From contig NC_043019.1 in the NCBI RefSeq assembly GCF_006345805.1, forward strand, positions 23,683,360 to 23,747,359: 64,000 nt of DNA, in the 5' to 3' direction. The translations under genes were made by a program, and so were the position numbers. The notes beneath the pieces are model-generated. The model had not been told where the DNA came from and made no database searches. It was given only the letters and a program-made list of their open reading frames with translations. This document shows, piece by piece, positions 1-11,984 of the stretch. Each line of letters starts with the position of its first letter. Position 1 is the stretch's first letter. Source of the stretch: Octopus sinensis (lineage: Eukaryota).

Positions 1-70
1 ATATGAAGTATCGTGTTTCTAAATTCACTGTATGATCATGTTTAAATCAGTGATCTCACAAACGCCCATC

Positions 71-1010
71 AGTCGTAGGGTGACTACAGTCACCCAGAAA
101 TGGGCCAAGAGATAGCTATCCCTGTAAGCTCGGGCAGAGGTGGCTAACACGTATACCGCATCCGTCATCTACTATCGCTTGACCGTCGTGCCTTGTCCTG
201 GCCACTGTCTGATTATGTTGGAGCGTATACTCTTTCGCTTCTTGTGGAAAGAACGTGTCTTGATGGTCAGGCGGTCTATCTGCTGTCAACACCCGCTGAG
301 TGGTGGCCTGGGCATGCCGTGATTGATGATAGGTAGACATGCGTTGAGGCTACGACATCTCCAGTGCTTCCTTGATGGTGAACAGGTGTGGTCGCCGTTC
401 GCAGCTAGTTTCTTTAACGGAACTGCAGTCCTGGGTAAAACAGAGACCGAGGAGGAGTATTTGGAAAGTGGGATGTCTTCATCCGCTCACATCCCTCAGC
501 CAATCGGACACTGTGATAGGTGGAATGTCCACTTTAGCTTTTTATAGAGGATTAGTGGAAGAAAAGTGCGACGACGTTCTTGGAGAGACCTTGAGCGTCG
601 AAGAAGAACTAGGCGCTCTTTTCCAGAGAACTTTCGGCCCAGGACCAATGGATGATTTCCAAAAATCTCTGTCTTGGTAGTGCTACCGGAGAGCTTTGCC
701 TGTAACCTCCAACATTATGTGACCTGCTTGCTTTCCCTTGGGCTGCGTCTGAACATTGTCAAGTAGGAGGCAGTTCCAATGGTCCCAGAGTACTGGGGAC
801 TCTGTGCGTAGCGTCATTGTGATTACGATGCATGCTAAGGTGTAGGAAGGACCTTACTTTGATATATAATCGATTCGAGGATGGTTTTGTTGAATGGTTT
901 ATTTTCTTTGGTATACCATTTTTCTAAGTGTTTTTTTTCCTTCTGTTTTCCTTGTTGCTCGCCTGGTGTAGCCTGTGTATATTCTTTATAATAAAAAGTT
1001 TAAAAAAAAA
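71..1010 (+). mobile_element. 5'-truncated, decayed Tx1/L1-clade LINE (ORF2 post-RT and zf-RVT region, 3' UTR, poly(A))
   Basis: Frame from 101 reads KWAKR*LSL*ARAEVANTY...LERILFRFLWK..VRRSICCQHPLSGGLGMP, then FQKSLSW*CYRRALPV, typical L1/Tx1 post-RT motifs. Stops and frameshifts present. AATAAA at 990-995 followed by an A-tail at 1002-1010. Confidence 0.85.
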
Positions 1011-1185
1011 GAATTGAAAAATATTCTTAGAGGTATCCTTCAACAACTTGTTTTCATCTTTAGAAATAAGAATCAGCAGCAGTGGATCGGTAAACATGTG
1101 GCGGAGATAATTTTTTTTTTTATTATATGAGAAACTTCAATTTATAGAATTTACGAATTTTTGACATTGGAACGAGATCCAGTTT

Positions 1186-1236
1186 CATGTACATGTAAGT
1201 CGATGTACATGTAAGTCATGTACATGTAAGTCGATG
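1186..1236. repeat. short tandem repeat, about 3 copies of CATGTACATGTAAGT(CG)
   Basis: Directly visible 16-17 bp repeated unit. Confidence 0.85.
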
Positions 1237-1395
1237 GAATCTGTCTATATAGAGTTCTCTTTACGCATAATCTGTTAGAGTCCTAAATTCCTGGAATAGT
1301 GTTATAAATAAATTTGTACTCACGAATACTCATAACGTATAATGTATAATTTAAATATTTTATAACTGGAGAGAGAACTCATTCATAACCTGAGA

Positions 1396-1396
<1 letters not shown>

Positions 1397-1469
<73 letters not shown>

Positions 1470-1572
1470 TCACACACATATATATGTATATATATATATG
1501 TATATGTGTGTATATGTGTGTATATGTGTGTATATGTATATATATGTATGTATATATATGTATCTCTCTCTA

Positions 1573-1631
<59 letters not shown>
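1397..1631. repeat. compound microsatellite (CA)n/(TA)n/(TATC)n
   Basis: Directly visible. Confidence 0.95.
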
Positions 1632-1632
<1 letters not shown>

Positions 1633-1854
1633 CAATACATTAAAATGTAGACAACGCATATACTTTAGGAATTCGTCTTATACATAGGAAGTATGTTCCA
1701 GAAGGTTATCTTATACATCTAATTAGATAACCTGCTGTTTTTTTTTTATTCCAGATTGAAGGAGATGGCTGTAACATCTCTTTGAACACGGCCTGCAAAA
1801 CACTGCTTGTCTCAATTGACTAGTTTGGGGAATGCAGTCGGGACGGGAAGAGAA

Positions 1855-2485
1855 TCTGGATGTTTGCTATGCAATAAAGTTGTGTGTTAACCTGGGCAAA
1901 AACGTATGAAATGCTCCAGTCGGTCATGGATTAACTTGTATGAGCCGATCGTCTGTTTATTAAGAGGTTGAAGGACGGCGGGGGATGGAGGTGAGAGACG
2001 ATGTGAGGTGTGGGAGGGATAGTGACGTCAGAACATCAGAGTCGATTGAGAAGGCCGTCGTGTGTCCATAAAGACAATAAGAACAAAGTTTAGAGTTGGT
2101 GTGACAACTGAAGATGCGCAAAACTTGTGCAAAGTTAGTTCTCAGAGGGATCAGTAACGAACAGAAGCAAAGACGCATTGGTGACAGCAGGGATATGGTT
2201 GGGCTCATAATCCCCAATCTAAGAATGCTTGAGTCTCCGGTGACCTGTGACGAAAACTGGATCAACTGTTATGATTGAGTGACTAAGGGACAGAGTTCCC
2301 AATGGAAAAGCATCCTGGCTCCCCCACCCCGCCAAACCCAAGAAAGCGAATCCACTGAGAAGCTCGTCATAATCCACTTTTTCGAGAGCAAGGGTATCAT
2401 ATATAGACGGCCAGTGAAAAAAAAGTGCTTTGTGGAGATTTTGAGGGAGTTCAGGAAGAGATTTCGCTGCAAAAGACCTGTTGAT
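1855..2485 (+). pseudogene. decayed mariner (DD34D-type) transposase fragment
   Basis: Frameshifted translation YAIKLCVNLGK...MRKTCAKLVL...VTCDENWINCYD*VTKGQSSQWKS...LVIIHFFESKGII matches the mariner AKWVP, TGDETW, YDPETK.QS..W and VFFD..GII motifs. Confidence 0.8.
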
Positions 2486-2498
2486 AAAATTCCGTGCT

Positions 2499-2640
2499 GC
2501 ACGGAATTTTCTCAGTGAACAGGTCGCGGTCTCAAAGCGACGAAAATATTTTGGCAAATTAAATTTAAATGTTGAAGTGAATCTGAAGGTTTTTGTGAGT
2601 TTCTTAAATTGCTTATAAACACTTTCCACGCTGCAATTGT
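2499..2640 (-). mobile_element. possible 5' fragment of a Penelope-like ORF
   Basis: MESVYKQFKKLTKTFRF...PKYFRRFETATCSLRKFRA loosely resembles PLE N-termini and ends in a 12-bp fold-back. Weak similarity, judged by eye. Confidence 0.3.
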
Positions 2641-2777
2641 AGTTATAGTTATAGAGTTACGTAAGAATAACTGAAACAGAGCTAGTGATTGAATATTTGG
2701 TTGTGATTGAAAAGATATTGTCTTCCATCACACACACACACACACGTGTGTGTAGGACCATTTGTGTATATCTGTAT

Positions 2778-3433
2778 ATTCTTTTATTCTTTTACTCTTT
2801 TATTTGCCTGAGTCATTTGACTGCGGCCATGCTGGAGCACCGACTTTAGTCGCACAAATCGACCCCAGGATTCTAAGCCTAGTACTTATTCCATCGGTCT
2901 CTTTTGCCGAACCGCTATATTACGGGGACGTAAACACACCAACATCGGTTGTCAAACGATGGTGATAGGACTAACACAGACACACAAATATATACATACA
3001 TACATACACACATACATACATACATGCATACATACATACATACATACATTCATACATACACATATATATATATATATATGACGGGCTTCTTTCAGTTTCC
3101 TATTTCTTTATTACCCACAAGGGGCTACACACAGAGGGGACAAACAAGGACAGAGAAACGGATTAAGTCGATTATATTGATCTTAGTGCGTAACTGGTAC
3201 TTATTTAATCGACCCTGAAAAGATGAAAGGTAAAGTCGACCTCGGCGGAATTTGAACTCAGAACGTAACGACAGACGAAATACCGCTAAGCATTTCGCCC
3301 GGCGTTCTAATGTTTCTGCCAGCTCACAAGGCTTTGGTCGGCCTGAGGCTATAGTAGAAGACACGCGGTGGAACTGAACCCGGAACCATGTGCTTGGGAC
3401 GTAGGCTTCTCACCACACAGCCACTCATGCTCC
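2778..3433 (-). mobile_element. SINE family A copy interrupted by a family B SINE
   Basis: Matches the other family A copies (tRNA-like head GGCGCAGGAGTGGCTGTGTGGT..GGTTCAGTCCC; tail GGCGGTGCTCCAGCATGGCCGCAGTCAAATGACTGAAAC). Confidence 0.9.
3100..3327 (-). mobile_element. SINE family B copy nested in family A
   Basis: Reverse complement of GAGCTGGCAGAAAC...GAGTTCAAATTCCGCCGAGGTCGACTTT...AAGTACCAGTTACGCAC...GTGGGTAATAAAGAAATA. Confidence 0.9.
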
Positions 3434-3495
3434 TATATGTGAATGCTTTATATCAACATATCTTTATATGTATCTGTTCATATTGTATGTATGTA

Positions 3496-3632
<137 letters not shown>

Positions 3633-3653
3633 GTGTGTGTGTGTGTGTGTGTA

Positions 3654-3955
3654 TACTCTTTTACTCTTTTACTTGTTTCAGCCATTTGACTGCGATCATG
3701 CTGGAGCACCGCCTTTAGTCGAAGAAATCGACTCCAGGACTTATTCTTTGTAAGCCTAGTACTTATTCTATCGGTCTCTTAACATAAACACACCAACATT
3801 GGTTGTCAAGCGATGGTGAAGGGACAAACACAGACACACAAGTACGTACAGTTTCCGTCTACCAAGGCTATAGTAGAAGACATCTGCCCAAGATGTCACG
3901 CAGTAGGACTGAACCTAGAACCATGTGGTTAGTAAGCAAACTTCTTACCACCCAC
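3654..3955 (-). mobile_element. SINE family A, internally deleted
   Basis: Similarity to the other A copies. Confidence 0.85.
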
Positions 3956-4084
3956 GCACATACACACACACATATATATATGGGTATGAATATTTATATA
4001 TGGTTATACATACATATAAATATACACATAAGCATTCTTACTCATATATTTAGTAGAAGTACTCATAGCTCGGCTGGATGTGCA

Positions 4085-4227
4085 CAAAAAAGCGTAGATA
4101 TTTTATCGATTCAGAAGCGAGGAAATGCAAAGTTGACCTCGGCGGGATTTGAACTCAAAACATACAGAGTCAGAAGAAATGTCAGGATGCATTTGTTCGA
4201 CGCGCTAACGCTTCTGTCAGCTCCCCG
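4085..4227 (-). mobile_element. degenerate SINE family B
   Basis: AAAGTTGACCTCGGCGGGATTTGAACTC...GCTAACGCTTCTGTCAGCTC. Confidence 0.75.
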
Positions 4228-4298
4228 TGTTTTGGCCTTCATATTAATTGTAAAATGTCAGACTGTAACTGGAAATTCTAAACGTAATAACTACATTA

Positions 4299-5329
4299 GG
4301 CGCAGGAGTGGCTGTGTGGTAAGTAGCTTGCTAACCAACCACATGATCCCGTCTTTACATTGGTATAAGGGGAATATAAAGAATTTGGGGTTTAAGTCTT
4401 TAGCACATGAGTCTAAGTGGTCACTCAGTGGAATTTGTCGGTATAAACCCCAAATTCTATATATTCCCCTTCTACCAATGTAAAGACGGGATCACCACAC
4501 AGGAGAGAATTAACAAGGAGAATCTCTTTATTGAAAAATTCCAAACACAACTTAATATGCAAACCCCTCGTTGATCAAACTTCCTTTCTCTACCTCACTC
4601 TTCATGGATGGACTAACACAAATATATAAAGATACCATGCATTCATCACTTCAAGCTAAAACTTATATTCTTTAAATATCATTTTTACTATTGTTGTTAT
4701 TACTATCACTTTTATTATAAATGATATGACAATTTGAAATGCAATTGTCTATGCAGATTTATATTATTAGAAAATAATATAAATAAAGTGTTAAAATCTG
4801 AAAGTTAAGTTAACAAGCAATTACATAAAAAGATAATGCAAATGAAGCTAAAATGATAGTTTTATAATTTGGGTTTTATTGAAGAACTCAAAGAGTTGTC
4901 TCCCCTTACTCACAACACAGGAACTGAAGAACCAGGACCACAATTACTACTACTTCCTGTCCTGCAAACATGCTGAATTAAACAAACAACACAACACATG
5001 CTCTAATCCCTTTGGATCTTAACACCTCAAGGTAATTTTTTCGTAAACAACCATAAACTCAAGATACACAACGAACTCACAATGTATCGGAGAACTTATT
5101 TTTTAATTTTTGTACATTTTTATCATTATTCTTTTACAAAAACAATGCAATTTTCTTTTTTTCCCCTTTCTAATTTTTAAAAAAACTTCTTAAAACATAA
5201 ATATTCTTGACAAGTCATACAATGACGAAAACCGGTTGAATAATATATATTTATATATTTTATCAATTTCTCATTTTATTAAAATTTTCTTTCATTTGAG
5301 CATTCTGCATTTTTAAAAAAATTTTTCCT

Positions 5330-5371
<42 letters not shown>

Positions 5372-5598
5372 TGTGTGTGTTTGTGTGTCTGTATTTGTCC
5401 CCCTAGCATTGCTTGACAACCGATGCTGATGTGTTTATGTCCCCGTTACTTAGTGGTTCGGCAAAAGAGACCGATAAAATAAGTACTGGGCTTACAAAAG
5501 AATAAGTCCCGGGGTCGAGTTGCTCGATTAAAGGCGGTGCTCCAGCATGGCCGCAGTCAAATGACTGAAACAAGTAAAAGAGTAAAAGAGTAAAGAGT
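4299..5598 (+). mobile_element. SINE family A split by a Penelope-like insertion (head 4299-4343, tail about 5335-5598)
   Basis: The head stops at CCACATG; the tail resumes after about 1 kb of foreign sequence and a TA run. Confidence 0.75.
4344..5330 (+). mobile_element. Penelope-like element 3' fragment with inverted 5' end
   Basis: 4443-4574 translates INPKFYIFPFYQCKDGITTQERINKENLFIEKFQTQLNMQTPR*, like the PLE GIY-YIG C-terminus (F.IFPFY...R...E..FI..F...LN). 51-bp inverted arm at 4344-4394. Fossil hammerhead at 5202-5242. Confidence 0.75.
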
Positions 5599-6619
5599 AT
5601 TACAAACATTTCTCGTTGTTCTTCTGACTTCCCAATAGATGAGTAGACATTCTGCCCGTGAATAGATAACATGGTGATTTCACACCCTCATCAACTACAT
5701 CTTTACGAAGCTAGGGAAACGGTAGAGATAGCGTTTTTTACTGTGTTGTTCTTACTTCTGTTGTTGCAGTTGTTGTAATTCTAAACATTTGTAGAGACTT
5801 GAAATGGTAAATCATTGAAGTGTAGACAGTCTTAAGATAGCGGAGTGTAGCACTTGTGTATTTATCAAAGCGTTGCAAATAAAGCAAGCGTCTCGGGAAC
5901 CCCGAACCGCTCTGAACAGCCTTGAATTGTCTCAAGCGGGGAAAATTCTTTCTACCGCACCCCGCTTCAATTTGGTTACTCGTCTGTCCCAGATGATCTG
6001 TGACCTCAAAGGGATTCGAACTCCATTCCCGAATTAAAGCAAATCATCTGTCAGTCGCTAGACTGTCTCCGCCATGTTGCTCTATCGTACATAAATTTAA
6101 TAATAAAAAAAATAATAAATAAGACTAGATAAAAACCAAAATTGTACTTAACCATTTCATTGGTTGCCTGGGGAAAAGTTTAAATGATTATAAGATTACT
6201 GAGATTTGGCGTCGATTTGTCTGCAACACAAATTGAAGAATATAAGAAAGAGTTTTTTTTTAGTGAACCTTCAAAGTTCAGTGGAAATCTAAGCAGACCG
6301 ATCGACTTTTGCACCATGGCACCGCTTGATGGGACTGGAGGCGATGTAGCATAGATCAAGGGAATATTAAGTTCAAATGGGAATAAGGAAGCAAGGAAAA
6401 GCCATGCACAACGAGGTCATTCGCACTAAAAACTACGTTTGTAGACAATAATGGCGATGATGAAGACAGAGAATCTCAACAGGGACATCTAAACAACTTT
6501 TTTGTCCCTTTACTTGTATTCCTTTTATTTATCATAGCCCTCTTGTTGTTGTTCTTCTTCTTCTTCCTCCTCCACCTCCTTCACCTCCTCCTCCTCGAGC
6601 ATGAACAACATAAATTACT

Positions 6620-6669
6620 ACAATAACCACCACCACCACCACCACCACCACCACCAACAACAACAACCC

Positions 6670-6710
<41 letters not shown>

Positions 6711-6816
6711 GCTACTACTACTGCTACTACTACTGCTACTACTACTGCTACTACTGCTGCTGCAGCTACTACTACTACTACTACTACTGCTGCTGCTACT
6801 GCTGCTGCTGCTGCTG

Positions 6817-6860
<44 letters not shown>
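6620..6860. repeat. trinucleotide microsatellite (CAC/CAA/CTA/CTG)n
   Basis: Directly visible. Confidence 0.95.
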
Positions 6861-6861
<1 letters not shown>

Positions 6862-7394
6862 TTCCTCTTTATCTCCTACCCCGCCATCATATTTGTTGTT
6901 GCTATTGATGTTTTTGCTCTCCATAAAGGTCACATTACATAAAACTTTGCGTTGGAGATATTTTTTCTAGAATTAGCGTATGAAAAAAAGAAATTCTTTG
7001 TTTGCTTTGTTCTTTTGCGACCTCAAATCTTCAGAATATTTGAACGCCTACTCCATTACCTGGAGTAAAGGAAATGTCTGTTTCTTTGACATTTCAAAGA
7101 ATAATTATAACATAATTTTGAATTTGAAATATTTATACATTCAAGATGGCTGCCTGAGACGTGGTGGGAAAAGGTGCTTCTCACAATGATGGCAGCACCA
7201 ATATCCGCACCATTCTAGGCCCCGGTGAAATCAACGCAATGGACCCTATAATACATATTTGTTGACAGCGAACAACAAAATAGATCAGAATTAGATCCCT
7301 GGACCTGTGATGCGCCCGGCGCCAATCAATGCCGTGTTGATAACAAGCCACAATATATCTGAGTGACTTCTGGGATTCGATGACAGTCTGGACT

Positions 7395-7780
7395 GGGAAG
7401 CACTCCGTCGGTTACGACGACGAGGGTTCCGGTTGATCCGAATCAACAGAACAGCCTGCTCGTGAAATTAACGTGTAAGTGGCTGAGCACTCCACAGACA
7501 CGTGTACCCTTAACGTAGTTCTCGGGGATATTCAGCGTGACACAGAGAGTGACAAGGCCGGCCCCTTGAAATACAGGTACAACAGAAACAGGAAGTAAGA
7601 GTGAGAGAAAGTTGTGGTGAAAGAGTACAGCAGGGATCACCACCCCCTGCCGGAGCCTCGTGGAGCTTTAGGTGTTTTCGCTCAATAAACACTCACAACG
7701 CCCGGTCTGGGAATCGAAACCGCGATCCTATCTATGACCGCGAGTCCGCTGCCCTAACCACTGGGCCATTGCGCCTCCAC
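7395..7780 (-). mobile_element. SINE family C, full length, 12-bp target-site duplication
   Basis: tRNA-like head GGAGGCGCAATGGCCCAGTGGTTAGGGCAGCGGACTCG with box B GGTTTCGATTCCC. TSD ACAGTCTGGACT at 7383-7394 and 7781-7792. Confidence 0.92.
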
Positions 7781-7981
7781 ACAGTCTGGACTAACATGCC
7801 ACTATTAGGGATGTTTCTACTGTGGATTTGGTGGTTTAGTGTCATACTTTTACTTGTGCATCGAGTCCCTGGAAGATGAGTGAAGGGACAGTCACACATC
7901 AGATATACTCCTTCGTGTTGGGAATAACACAGATTTTAGGATTCTGGGTTACAAGTATAGCAGTTATCAGGTGTGATTTAG

Positions 7982-8308
7982 CATTTAAGCGGAAAGTGTA
8001 ACCTCTCGAAAGAGCTGTTCTTCACTCCTGCACCAGAGCGTCGGCTGCGGGGTCACTCCGAAAAGCTCTATCTGCGACGATTTCATCTCAATCGAAGGAG
8101 AGGGGCTTTCTCCGTCCGGGTTGCGGATCCGTGGAATAAGCTGCCAGACGAGATGGTGAAGATGCCGACGACCGCTCGGTTCAAAGTCTCCCTTGACCTC
8201 AAGTGGCCTGAACTCTTTACATGAACACCACCCTGTACATAAGTCCATGTCCCCCTACATGGCCTTGCTTTTTGCTTTTTGAGCCAAAAAATTAACTAAC
8301 TAACTAAC
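7982..8308 (+). mobile_element. CR1-clade LINE 3' end
   Basis: 7982-8224 reads ...RLRGHSEKLYLRRFHLNRRRGAFSVRVADPWNKLPDEMVKMPTTARFKVSLDLKWPELFT*, the CR1 C-terminal RGH..KL / FS.RV...WN.LP / FK..LD..W signature. (AACT)n tail at 8294-8308. Confidence 0.9.
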
Positions 8309-8587
8309 ATTTAGTGGTGGTGGTGATGGTGTAAGAGGTATGTTTTGGTATTGACTGCTATTGCTTGTACGAAGTGTGCATCTTGTCCCAGGTAAATGGA
8401 TGAAGTTACAGTCACTGTGAATGCATAATCTTTCGCGTTGTGAATAGCGGCATATTTTGGGGTTTCGTGCGTTCATAGTTTTACTTTATTTACAGTTGGC
8501 AGATTTACCACGGAGCTGGCAGGTATACATTCAGAGGGGGACAGTGGAGGGGGGAGGAGTGATTCTTCATTAATCGGAGTAGTAGTA

Positions 8588-8971
8588 GTGGAGGCGCAAT
8601 GGCCCAGTGGTTAGGGCAGCGGACTCGTGGTCATAGGATCGCGGTTTCGATTCTCAGACCGGGCGTTGTGAGTGTTTATTGAGCGAAAACACCTAAAAGC
8701 TCCACGAGGCTCCGGCAGGGGATGGTGGTGATCCTACTGTACTCTTTCACCACAACTTTCTCTCACTCTTACTTCCTGTTTCTGTTGTACCTGTATTTCA
8801 AGGGGCCGGCCTTGTCACTCTCTGTGTCACGCTGAATATCCCCGAGAACTACGTTAAGGGTGCACGTGTCTGTGGAGTGCTCAGCCACTTACACGTTAAT
8901 TTCACGAGCAGGCTGTTCTGTTGATTCAGATCAACCGGAACCCTCATCGTCATAACTGACGGAGTGCTTCC
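8588..8971 (+). mobile_element. SINE family C, full length
   Basis: About 95% identical by eye to the reverse complement of 7395-7780. Confidence 0.92.
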
Positions 8972-9480
8972 TAATAGTGGTAATGGTAGTAGCAGTAGAA
9001 TAAGATGACAATGGTAATGATGGGTCTCTTGTGTTATTCTGAGAAGAATCTGAGTGGCCTGACTGCGGAGAAGAGCTAAGGACTGTGCTGTTTAATAGGT
9101 CATCAATTGTTCTAGTATTGATGAGTGACTTCAAATACTGATCTTTATTGTTGTTCCTATTGTTTTCCAAGAAAATGTGGAAGTGGACAGCTGAACTGGG
9201 AAAGGGTTTGATGAAATCTCTGTCTCGGATATTGGTGTCAGAGGAATCGTTGCCCCAGCATTTCCCAATTTCGTTTTAATCTTTAGTTGTGGTAACGTAG
9301 TAGCAGTAGAACATGATGACAATGACGATGATGATGATGGGTCACTTGTGGTATTCCAAGAAAACGAGGAAGTGGATAGGGCTCTTCACTGAGGATTTTA
9401 ATAGTTAATCAAATGTGCTAGTAGTGAAAGAGTGGCCGTTGTTGTTGTCGTGGTTGCTATACTGGTGTTATATATTTAGA

Positions 9481-9485
9481 CACAC

Positions 9486-9531
<46 letters not shown>

Positions 9532-9580
9532 ACACACACACGCACATACACACACATACACACGCACACACACACACACG

Positions 9581-9627
<47 letters not shown>

Positions 9628-9826
9628 CAGCACACAACACACCCACTCTCTCTCCTCACACAACACACACACACATACACACACATACACACGCACACAC
9701 ACACACACCGCGCGCCGCGCACACCACACACACACCACAACACGGCACAACCACACACACACACACGCACACACACTCACTCTCTCTCTCACACACACAC
9801 ACACACACATACACACACATACACAC
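9481..9826. repeat. imperfect (CA)n microsatellite
   Basis: Directly visible. Confidence 0.95.
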
Positions 9827-9968
9827 AATTTTAGTTCTAATGTTGAAGATGCTTTAGTCCGGTAATATATCTTTCTAGTTATTTTAGGAGGATTTTCTTT
9901 TTATTTATTTTAGTTCTTTGTTCTTATTTTGTGAAGAAACCTAACTTAATAGAAACCTAATATTGAAT

Positions 9969-10068
9969 NNNNNNNNNNNNNNNNNNNNNNNNNNNNNNNN
10001 NNNNNNNNNNNNNNNNNNNNNNNNNNNNNNNNNNNNNNNNNNNNNNNNNNNNNNNNNNNNNNNNNNNN
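9969..10068. other. assembly gap (100 N)
   Basis: Run of exactly 100 N. Confidence 0.99.
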
Positions 10069-10777
10069 GTGTATGTAGGGGGTGGTTGAGGTGGCATTGG
10101 TGTTGGTAGTGGTGGTTGTGGTGGCAATATTCGTGTCGCCGGTGGAGGTGTTTGGTTGAGCTAATATTGGTGGTGGTGGTGTCGGTGTGTGAGAGGCGGC
10201 AGCTGTTGTATTTCGTGTTGGTCGTGTTGGGAAAGGCATTGATGGTGATGGTGATGGTGGCGGTTGTATTCCTGCCTGTGACTGTTAATAATTGTGGAAG
10301 TAATACATAATACTAGCGGTGTTGCTGTTGTCACAATGAGGGTGAAGGTGAGGTGGGGGGATACAATGGCTGTGGCTGGGGTGGGGGTGGGGGAATACAA
10401 TGGCTGTGGCTGTGGTGGTAATGGTGGTTACGGTGGGTGTCGGAGAGCAAGCTTATCACTGAATTGAAACGACAGCAAATGTAAATATAGATATCACTCC
10501 GCTCGCCCCTAAACAAACCCACAGCCGAAGACTATTTAAAATATGGGGCAGGTGTCTTAATAGCGTCGATGGGTGATGATTCATATAATACCCCTTTAGG
10601 TCAGTGGGGCACAATGACGAATGTACAAACATATTTTTATATTCTTAGGACGATCATCCCTTTAGTATATCGGGCTAATGTTTATTTAGATATGAATAGT
10701 GTACAAGAGAAGAAGGGAACACAGAAGAATAATTTAAGTAAATATTCATTCGATCTTATGACATTACGTTTGCTTAC

Positions 10778-10895
10778 TTTGACAACACATTTAGAGTTGT
10801 TTGGGGAGTTCAAAGTTATGTTCCGAACAGCGAGGCTGGCGAATCGACATGGCGGCCACTTGTCAAGATCCAGTTACAACATCCGGAAGAAACGT
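10778..10895 (-). promoter_or_regulatory. candidate promoter or non-coding first exon (ETS- and YY1-like motifs, splice donor)
   Basis: CCGGAAG at 10883-10889, ACATGGCGGC (YY1-like) at 10847-10856, local CpG enrichment, and minus-strand donor AAA|GTAAGC at 10778/10777. Confidence 0.4.
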
Positions 10896-11018
10896 ATTAA
10901 CTTAATCAATTTCGGTGTAACAAACAAACCCGAGTTTGACACCAGCCGGCAACAAGCGATGTTGTTCAACCACAAAACAGTGTTTTTGACCTTTTTTTTA
11001 GCACGAATAAAAAAAAAA

Positions 11019-11399
11019 ACCAACCACATGGTTCCGGGTTCAGTCCCACTGCGTGGCATCTTGGGCAAGTGTCTTCTGCTATAGCTCCGGGCCGACCAAT
11101 GTCTTGTGAGTGGATTTGGTAGACGGAAACTGAAAGAAGCCTGTTGTATATATGTGTATATATATATATATAAGTGTGTGTGTATATGTTTGTGTGTCTG
11201 TGTTTGTCCCCCTAGCATTGCTTGACAACCGATGCTGGTGTGTTTACGTCCCCGTCACTTAGCGGTTCGGCAAAAGAGACCGATAGAATAAGTACTGGGC
11301 TTACAAAGAATAAGTCCCGGGGTCGATTTGCTCGACTAAAGGCGGTGCTCCAGCATGGCCGCAGTCAAATGACTGAAACAAGTAAAAAGGTAAAAGAGT
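11019..11399 (+). mobile_element. SINE family A, 5'-truncated
   Basis: Similarity to the other A copies; (GAGTAAAA)-like tail. Confidence 0.9.
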
Positions 11400-11984
11400 T
11401 ATAGCTTTTAGGTCATCGTCATCAAGCGATGGATTTTTGTTGCAGGAACAATTATGATTCGATCACATATCAGACGATCGATGAAATTCAAAGCTTTACT
11501 TTTCATTCCATTTTCACAGACGCTATCCACCCCAGTTTCCTCCATTCAATCATTAGAAAACTAATTAAACTATTATTTTCTTACGGTCATTTTTATATTC
11601 GCCAGTTGCTTCTCAAACTATTGTAAATTCACTCTTTCGAGACAATGCATCAGAAGATGGCAATATTAAACACTTATATGCATTTTGATGTATAAAAATG
11701 TCTCTTTTCTTTGATTCCAACATTTTTTTACCTTCTTTTACTTAATTCTTTATTGAACATTTAATTATATTTCAATGAAGCAAAGTATTATTTATTTCAG
11801 ACATAAAACAACGGGTCATGGATTAATTTGAGATAAACTTTCCTATCATGCTAATGACGATCGCATTGATAAGCGATAGGGGCAGTACTGGATTTAGATA
11901 ATCACTAAACAATGCTAGGGCCCCTCAAGCTGCATGTACCCTATCTTAATTACATAAATTATTAAAAGAGATATCTATGTGTTT

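Noticed and set aside
3803-4483. 226-aa ORF
   Set aside because: Chimeric read-through across SINE A, SINE B and PLE pieces.
8588-8665. tRNA gene-like sequence (also other SINE heads)
   Set aside because: Continues directly into a SINE body and lacks a complete cloverleaf; SINE head, not tRNA.
10569-11084. 171-aa ORF
   Set aside because: No recognisable domain, and it ends inside a SINE; probably chance.
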